From: an uncultured Bdellovibrionales bacterium
Lineage (GTDB): Bacteria; Bdellovibrionota; Bdellovibrionia; Bdellovibrionales; JAEYZS01
Reading direction: 5' to 3'
DNA: 64,000 nt
Assembly: GCA_964469265.1 (NCBI GenBank)
Contig: CAYXYF010000005.1
Span: 26,518 to 90,517, forward strand
Shown here in pieces: positions 58,097-64,000 of the stretch. The notes beneath the pieces were generated by a model. It made no database searches. It had not been told where the DNA came from and saw only the letters and a list, made by a program, of their open reading frames with translations. The stretch's first letter is position 1. Every line of letters begins with the position of its first letter. A program made the position numbers and the translations under genes.

Positions 58097-58507
58097 TTAT
58101 TTTTTTGAAATACTGATTGCGAATTTGGTAACCCCAGAGGATTTCACAGAGTCGATCACTTCAATGACACGTCCGTGAGAGACATCGCTGTCCGCGGACA
58201 CGATCGCTTGTATCTCTGGGTTTTGACCCACTTGTGACTTCGTTTCATTACCAAGATCTTCTATTGTCGATGGTTTGCCGTTGAGGAAAATAGATCCTGA
58301 TTTATCAATGGAAATATTAAGGTGTGACGGAACAGTCTCATCACCGCTTGCAGCCTTTGGCAGATTAATTTGAACACTCGGATTCATAATAATAGGTGTA
58401 GTGACCATAAAAATTATGAGTACAACCAAAATAATATCAACAAACGGAGTGACGTTAATCTCAGATATTGGCTGATCATCATCACTTGAAGCCATTTTAG
58501 AAGCCAT
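58097..58507 (-). CDS. exbD: ExbD/TolR family protein
   Basis: ISEINVTPFVDIILVVLIIFMV, ADSDVSHG. Confidence 0.88.
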   Translation of the reverse strand: MASKMASSDDDQPISEINVTPFVDIILVVLIIFMVTTPIIMNPSVQINLPKAASGDETVPSHLNISIDKSGSIFLNGKPSTIEDLGNETKSQVGQNPEIQAIVSADSDVSHGRVIEVIDSVKSSGVTKFAISISKK

Positions 58508-58599
58508 CGTGCTTGTCCTTTTGGTTCAGATCTTTATTACTCTATAAAATTCTTGCGCCGTGATTTGAACCAGAATGCAGGCGCAAACTCGTTAATGAA

Positions 58600-59232
58600 T
58601 TATTTTTTCTTCGAATAAGCTAGGCAAAGTTCCTTTAATCCTTCCATGCTCTGTATCACGTAGCGGACTTGCTTTTGAAAATAGTTAAATGCAACGACCG
58701 CAGGAATTGCCACAAACAATCCCACTGCTGTCGCCACAAGAGCCTCGGCAATACCTGTCATAATCGCTGAGCCTGAAGACTGTGAAACACCTTGGCTTAC
58801 ACCCAAGTCGTTGAAGGCTTTCATAATCCCTAGAACAGTTCCAAGAAGACCAATAAACGGAGCGTTTGATCCAAGAGTTGCTAAAAAATTTAACGAGCGT
58901 TCCATCTTTTGGCGCTCAAAAATAATATGACTATTAATAATTTCTTCAAGCCCTTCTGGTCCATTCTCTTTAAGATGTCTAAACGCATGGGACAAGACAC
59001 GTCCTTCAAGAGTTTGTTTGTCTTTGCTTAAATCTTCAAGCTCTTCAAGGTTGTTTGATCGAAGTGCCTCTAGGAGTTGGTTTTTAACCTTATCACTTTG
59101 GGCCTTGTAACTCTTAAGAGTCCAGTACCGTTCTATGATGATCGCGACGCTAAGAATGCTGAGTACAAGCAGTAGCCATAGGATGGCTTCAGCTCCGTTT
59201 TGAGCCACTGTAAATATCTTTTCCGTTAGCAT
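58600..59232 (-). CDS. exbB: MotA/TolQ/ExbB proton channel protein
   Basis: LATLGSNAPFIGLLGTVLGIM, GIAEALVATAVGLFVAIPA. Confidence 0.88.
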   Translation of the reverse strand: MLTEKIFTVAQNGAEAILWLLLVLSILSVAIIIERYWTLKSYKAQSDKVKNQLLEALRSNNLEELEDLSKDKQTLEGRVLSHAFRHLKENGPEGLEEIINSHIIFERQKMERSLNFLATLGSNAPFIGLLGTVLGIMKAFNDLGVSQGVSQSSGSAIMTGIAEALVATAVGLFVAIPAVVAFNYFQKQVRYVIQSMEGLKELCLAYSKKK

Positions 59233-59264
59233 TTTCCCTCCAAAAGGAATGATTCTAGTGGTTA

Positions 59265-59293
59265 AGTATCAACTTATGAGCCTGATATGGCAA
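59265..59293 (-). promoter_or_regulatory. Possible sigma70 promoter of exbB-exbD
   Basis: TTGCCA-N17-GATACT on the minus strand. Confidence 0.4.
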
Positions 59294-59337
59294 GTCTTAG
59301 GCTGACACTGTCATAATATTTTGCTACTTTTTTTGCT

Positions 59338-61110
59338 ATGAGGTTTTTAATACTGGTGGCGTTACTGATCGTGGGTTCCGTGACAGCTTGTCAATGGGAC
59401 AATAAGCGTCCGTCTTTTCTTATCATCGCCATAGACTCCCTTCCGTTTGATACCATTCAATGTAACGAGATCGAAAAATTGCGTGGGTTCAAAGACGTCT
59501 GCGAAGGGATGATTCGTTTTACCCACGCTTATACACCATCAATTATGTCCCAGTCCGCTGTGGCATCTCTTCTCACAGGTAAGTATCCCTTTGAACATGG
59601 GGTGTGGAATAATGGCTCTTCTTTTTTAAGTGCAAAATTTAAAACCTCAGCTGAGGTAGCGTACGAGCAAGACTACCGAACGGCATTCATCTCAGGGGGG
59701 CCGCCAATCTGGCGTAAGTCAGGCTTTGAGCAAGGCTTTGAATTCTTTGACGACAATATCTTTGTCGACGTTGGTAAGTATTATCGTCCCGTCTTTGAAA
59801 ACTTAAGAGTATTGCAGAATTGGTTATCTGGAATTGGAAGAGATAATTTTTTTAGCTTCATCTATCTTCCAGACCTGCAATTTCCAGAAGTTCCCACAGT
59901 CGATAACGATGGCTATCCCAGAGAGGCAACTTATACAGGGCAGCTTCAAGAAATTGATGAATCCCTTGAAAGTTTTTTTGAATATTTAAAAAAGAACGGT
60001 AAGTGGAATAATACGTGGATTATTGTTACAGGTTTAAACGGAATTTCTCGTGAAAGCCGGCTTGATGACTTTCAGGGAACGAACCTCTATCATGAGAACA
60101 CAAACGTTGCCTTATTCATTAAGCCTCCGCAAAAAGAACATCAAGTTTTTAATTGGACAATTGATTTTAATATGAACTTGGTGGATATAGGTCGCACTCT
60201 TTACGACCTATTGGACGCGAAGTTTTACGATACCACTATGACACTCTTCCAAACCGTGAGTCTTAAACCCTCGCTTTTAAGTTCAGAAGATATTGATATT
60301 GATCGCGTATTGCTTTTTGAAAGCGGATGGCCGCAGTGGAGACGCTACGGAAGAACATTGTTTGCTCTTCAAAAAGACAACTACTTTATGCTCTATGAAA
60401 AACCTCCAAGACTTTTTAATACCTTCATTGACCGGAACCAAATTTATCCAATCGATATACAACAAGCGTCCATGCAGATTCTGACTCGCACGGCAAGTCA
60501 GCTTATTAGTTTGCTCAATTTCGAAGAGGGACAAAAGATTTCAAAAGATATTTCTGATAAGTACATTTTTGCAAAATCTTTTTTTGGGAAAACAAGACTT
60601 CGTGAAGATCCCGTAACCAGCCTTGAGCGCCTGTATGCGAAAACAAAAGACATTGAAGTTGCAGGGTGGCTCGCTCGATTTTATCTTGAAAATAAAAATT
60701 GGCAATCGCTCCTAAAGCTTGGAACAAATGCTCACCAGATGGATTGGGTTTGGGTCGCTTCACAAAATTTAGACCTTGTTTCTCCTGAACCTTCAAGCTG
60801 CTTAAGGCTTTTAACAGACGGCCCACCAGATATTTCTAATTACTACAGTGTCTGTAACGACAGCATGGTAATTCAATTTTTGGGTTGGGTTAAAAACAGA
60901 AATTCTGCTGAGGCTGCATCCTACAGAGAAAGCTTCTTTAAGCTCTATCGGTTTTTCAAAATGGATTTAGATATCCAAAAACTCAATATGCAAAATGGAT
61001 ATATCTGGGATACGGGCAAGGATAAGGCTGCAAAGCCCCACGATATTGAACTGCTCTTAGGCTTAAATAGAATGTCCCGTTACAAAGTCCTCATAGACAA
61101 ACGCTTTTAA
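59338..61110 (+). CDS. Sulfatase/alkaline-phosphatase superfamily lipoprotein with atypical active site
   Basis: Lipobox VTA-C; IAIDSL, F.HAYTP..SQSAVASLLTG.YP..HG, GFEQGF; helical C-terminal domain. Confidence 0.72.
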   Translation: MRFLILVALLIVGSVTACQWDNKRPSFLIIAIDSLPFDTIQCNEIEKLRGFKDVCEGMIRFTHAYTPSIMSQSAVASLLTGKYPFEHGVWNNGSSFLSAKFKTSAEVAYEQDYRTAFISGGPPIWRKSGFEQGFEFFDDNIFVDVGKYYRPVFENLRVLQNWLSGIGRDNFFSFIYLPDLQFPEVPTVDNDGYPREATYTGQLQEIDESLESFFEYLKKNGKWNNTWIIVTGLNGISRESRLDDFQGTNLYHENTNVALFIKPPQKEHQVFNWTIDFNMNLVDIGRTLYDLLDAKFYDTTMTLFQTVSLKPSLLSSEDIDIDRVLLFESGWPQWRRYGRTLFALQKDNYFMLYEKPPRLFNTFIDRNQIYPIDIQQASMQILTRTASQLISLLNFEEGQKISKDISDKYIFAKSFFGKTRLREDPVTSLERLYAKTKDIEVAGWLARFYLENKNWQSLLKLGTNAHQMDWVWVASQNLDLVSPEPSSCLRLLTDGPPDISNYYSVCNDSMVIQFLGWVKNRNSAEAASYRESFFKLYRFFKMDLDIQKLNMQNGYIWDTGKDKAAKPHDIELLLGLNRMSRYKVLIDKRF

Positions 61111-61129
61111 TGGCAGTTATAATTTTGAA

Positions 61130-61747
61130 ATGAAATTGATTTACAGCTTATTTGTAATTGCGGCATGTTTATTCGTCTCGTCTTCAGTATTTGCAAGGTC
61201 TGAAGGGTTTGCGGGTTTTACTAAGGGTCAAACAGCGACGTCATTTTTTGCAGGGCAACCGCTCTTTGTCCGCTATTCAAATTTCATAGACTGGAAAAAA
61301 GCTTGGAGTGTTGATGCGGGTTACCACTTTGATAGCTATCCATACTTTGCTTTAAATTACGCAAGCTATTTTTATAACGTTAAAGATCATCTCCGTCAAA
61401 AAAGATCGTTTTTCAACTCTTTACTATTCTATATCGGACCTGGGGTTTTTATTGGCCCAGACTTCGGCGAAGAAAAATCCGACGAAAAAATAAAAATGGG
61501 AATCCGCGCGTTTGGCGGAGTCGAGTATATCTTTAGAAATTCACCATTATCATTTACAGCAGAAATCGGCCCAGCCTTTTTTATTGAAGGGGATGATTTT
61601 GTTGGTTTCCAAGGAATGTTAGGGGTCACTTATTATATCGGCGGCATCAAACAAAGAGTCGTAAGAAGTAAAATCCGTTCTGTAAAGCCAGTGAAAAAAG
61701 ATCCATTAGACGATGTAGATGCGCGTGAATTTCGTGAGTTTGATTAA
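61130..61747 (+). CDS. Outer-membrane beta-barrel-like protein
   Basis: Signal peptide ...VFA; alternating strands (GIRAFGGVEYIF, AEIGPAFF, GMLGVTYY). Confidence 0.6.
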   Translation: MKLIYSLFVIAACLFVSSSVFARSEGFAGFTKGQTATSFFAGQPLFVRYSNFIDWKKAWSVDAGYHFDSYPYFALNYASYFYNVKDHLRQKRSFFNSLLFYIGPGVFIGPDFGEEKSDEKIKMGIRAFGGVEYIFRNSPLSFTAEIGPAFFIEGDDFVGFQGMLGVTYYIGGIKQRVVRSKIRSVKPVKKDPLDDVDAREFREFD

Positions 61748-62415
61748 AACTCAACAACCCCGAGCCAAAATGGTTGCTGCTTATCTTGGGCTAGCTCTTT
61801 TGTATAGGACTCAAACTCTTTATCTTTCAGCGTAAGAAACCCTTCAGGAATCCAAGATTTACTGAGAAGAATTAAGTGGTCTCCAGGCTTGAATTTGAAG
61901 TTATGCACTTGAATATCAAGCGGTGAGCTGACTCCAAGGAGTTTATCAGGAAGAGCGGGAAGAAGTTGGTCAGAACTTAAGTTCAGGGAGTGATCAAGGT
62001 TTACAAAAAGCGGTAAAATGTTTTTCCCCGGTCGATTTAAAAGAATATGGGGATGTCCCACAGTTGCAAAATACATATGTGAGTTCTTAATAACTCCAAC
62101 TAAAATTTCATATCCCGTAACAAACTCAGTTTTGTTTTTTGTCTTATAAATATGGTCGTTGGCCACGAGGATGGCTGTTCGTATAGAGTTAGCAGTTTTA
62201 TCGTAATGCTGAATAGATTTAAACGGCGATGTCATTTCTTGATCAAGTTTTGATGAAACAATAAAGTCTTCTATTTGCTTTACAACGGAATCTTTAGCTT
62301 TTGTCTGTCCCCATGGGGTTATCACAATTAATATGCCTTCGCTCTCATTCCAATGGATGGTGGGGCGGGGTCTATAGCTCTTATTTTGGACAAATGATCT
62401 TTCTTGGAATATCAT
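61744..62415 (-). CDS. PP2C-fold protein lacking catalytic aspartates
   Basis: AN..IY, ATVGHPH, DHS, LLG, PGDHLILLS align with the PP2C scaffold, but the DG motifs are absent. Confidence 0.6.
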   Translation of the reverse strand: MIFQERSFVQNKSYRPRPTIHWNESEGILIVITPWGQTKAKDSVVKQIEDFIVSSKLDQEMTSPFKSIQHYDKTANSIRTAILVANDHIYKTKNKTEFVTGYEILVGVIKNSHMYFATVGHPHILLNRPGKNILPLFVNLDHSLNLSSDQLLPALPDKLLGVSSPLDIQVHNFKFKPGDHLILLSKSWIPEGFLTLKDKEFESYTKELAQDKQQPFWLGVVEF

Positions 62416-63998
62416 AGGCCGTACTTTTTTAATTTAACTTTTGATTTTCTATGATATTCCCCGTGAGGAACATCAAGATCTTGAATTTTCTTCCATTTAG
62501 ATTTTGCAGATTCAATGTCACCTAGGTTTTCTTCTAAGACACTATCGCTATAAAGGTTTTTAACAATGCCTTGGAGCTCTCTTGAGTACTGTTTATGAGT
62601 TTCTTTAACATCACCGTCTGACGGATTTAGCTTCATGGCATCCTCAAGCTTTGCAATAGCGTCGCGGTAATTTTTTTCAGAGTAAAGACTTTCAGCAGAC
62701 TTTTTGAGGCTGTTGATTTCAGTATTTACTCTTCGTTGCAGTTCATGCATTTCACGTCTTGATCTTCTCTCGAGGTTTTCAGGGTCAGGAAGCGTCGATG
62801 CAATATGCCTTGAGTAGGCACTAATAGCGTCAAGGGCTCGCCCCTGTCTTTTCAACCTTTCCGCACTAAGAAATATTTGTTTTCTTTGTGCAACGAGGCT
62901 TCGGTGACGTGCTTGTTGTTCTGCAATCTGATCTTTTCTTAAATCAACTTGCGCCGCATGTTCTAGGAGTTGGGCCGCTTTAATGTTTTCAGGGTCAAGC
63001 TCAAGAGCAGGCGCGAGACAATCTTGAAGGGCCATGCTGTTTTGATTGCCGTTATACGACTTTTCACACTGATCTACAACTGCTGCCACTTGAGCGAACA
63101 TTTGTCTTTCTTTTTGTTCGCTTCGTTCAATTTCTTTTCGTGCCATCAGTGTATCAAGAGCATTTTTTGAATACTGTTCAAGTTCTCTTGAATCTTTATA
63201 ATCGGGCGCTAAAGCTTTAATTTTTTCAAGTTCAGTTAAGACCAGCCCATACTTTCCTTGGGTATAAAGCGTCTTCGCAAGATGATAGCTTTTTTCAACT
63301 AAATCCACTTGCTCTGGTGTGAGGGTGGCAACGGGATTAGCTGGTCCTTGCTGAGATGAAGATAGCTCTTGGTTTTGCTCACTGCTACTTCCAGAAAACA
63401 AGTACACAATAAGTAAAAAGACGACAGTGCCACCAATCATAGCAATTTTCTTTTTATCTTGTGCTTTTGATAATTTAATTACTCTCTGAGCAGAAGGAAA
63501 ATTGGCCGTGGCCTCAGCTGGCATTGCATGAGCTGAAGTCTCTACAGGTAAGCTAACAATTTTTTCGTTAAACAATGGATCTCTGATTTCAAATGTAAAT
63601 AAGTGCTTTCCAATTTGAATCTGATCCCCAGATTTAATTTGAATATTTGTGTCTGGCTCAATTTGTTTATAATTTACAAGAGTGCCGTTGGAGCTGTTTT
63701 TATCAGTTATATAATACTGATGTTGTTTATAAAGGATTTCACAATGCTCTCTGCTTGCTTTAGGGTCGTCGATATAAATGTCACAATCTTCATCACGGCC
63801 GAGTATCCAGTAATCACCTTCAAGCCGCATTGTAAGCGTTGAGCCATCCTCTTTACGCAGCAAAAGATATGGAACCCCAATGCTCCATTCTTCTGATGTC
63901 ATTTCAGGAACAAAAGTTTTTTCTTCTTGTGAAAGATCATGTGTGTCTTCTTGAATATCGTCAGAACCTGCATGCGGAATAAATTCTTCTGGGTTAGA
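62412..63998 (-). CDS. FHA-domain, TM, TPR/coiled-coil protein, 5'-truncated by window edge
   Basis: LGRDEDC...ASREH...NSSNGT FHA motifs, one TM segment, TPR-like ALELDPEN and AMKLNPSD. The frame stays open beyond the 63902 ATG to the window end. Confidence 0.82.
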   Translation of the reverse strand, partial: SNPEEFIPHAGSDDIQEDTHDLSQEEKTFVPEMTSEEWSIGVPYLLLRKEDGSTLTMRLEGDYWILGRDEDCDIYIDDPKASREHCEILYKQHQYYITDKNSSNGTLVNYKQIEPDTNIQIKSGDQIQIGKHLFTFEIRDPLFNEKIVSLPVETSAHAMPAEATANFPSAQRVIKLSKAQDKKKIAMIGGTVVFLLIVYLFSGSSSEQNQELSSSQQGPANPVATLTPEQVDLVEKSYHLAKTLYTQGKYGLVLTELEKIKALAPDYKDSRELEQYSKNALDTLMARKEIERSEQKERQMFAQVAAVVDQCEKSYNGNQNSMALQDCLAPALELDPENIKAAQLLEHAAQVDLRKDQIAEQQARHRSLVAQRKQIFLSAERLKRQGRALDAISAYSRHIASTLPDPENLERRSRREMHELQRRVNTEINSLKKSAESLYSEKNYRDAIAKLEDAMKLNPSDGDVKETHKQYSRELQGIVKNLYSDSVLEENLGDIESAKSKWKKIQDLDVPHGEYHRKSKVKLKKYGL

Positions 63999-64000
63999 AT

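Noticed and set aside
58560-58575. GGTTCAAATC (minus strand), resembling a tRNA T-arm
   Set aside because: No acceptor stem, D-arm or anticodon arm can be folded around it.
59288-59302. TGGCA...GC as a sigma54 promoter for the sulfatase-like gene
   Set aside because: The -12 box reads AGGC, not TTGC, and the sequence fits a sigma70 -35 (TTGCCA) on the opposite strand.
264-63842. Numerous 60-150 aa alternative-frame and antisense ORFs in the track
   Set aside because: They overlap well-supported genes and show no motifs or RBS; treated as shadow ORFs.
1-64000. CRISPR arrays, transposases, integrases, prophage or defence islands, rRNA and tRNA genes
   Set aside because: No spaced direct repeats, recognisable mobile-element proteins, RNA-gene signatures or marked composition shift were seen.

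Overview
A gene-dense, AT-rich bacterial chromosomal window (roughly 40% GC by eye) of mostly housekeeping genes. An 'FQNC' lipoprotein, receiver-PilZ proteins, a eukaryote-type citrate synthase and many secreted unknowns suggest a Bdellovibrionota-like organism (inference). Contents: a leucine-catabolism (liu) operon with a split MCC alpha subunit, citrate synthase, nth, mutY, a thiBPQ-like ABC transporter, add, split transketolase, tatA, a DEAD-box helicase, pcnB, speB, alaS, recX/pgpA/cinA/recA, trmB, trxB, 2-oxoacid dehydrogenase E1/E2/E3, ygfZ, a DsbA-family protein, sfsA, exbB/exbD and an FHA-TPR gene cut by the window edge. I saw no rRNA, tRNA, CRISPR array or transposase. The most striking region is 46.1-49.2 kb. 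It holds three correctly spaced sigma54 (-24/-12) promoters and a consensus IHF site. One promoter points to an unannotated ~63-nt C-rich small RNA candidate with its own + strand terminator, whose loop is complementary to the RBS of a nearby orphan ABC ATPase that also has a sigma54-like promoter. A divergent promoter points to a secreted NlpC/P60-like protein. A 126-bp element bounded by a perfect 26-bp inverted repeat lies nearby. Several apparent pseudo-enzymes (gluzincin-, PP2C-, SpoIIE-, sulfatase- and PncC-like) are also noted. All family calls come from motif recognition by eye; no database searches were run.
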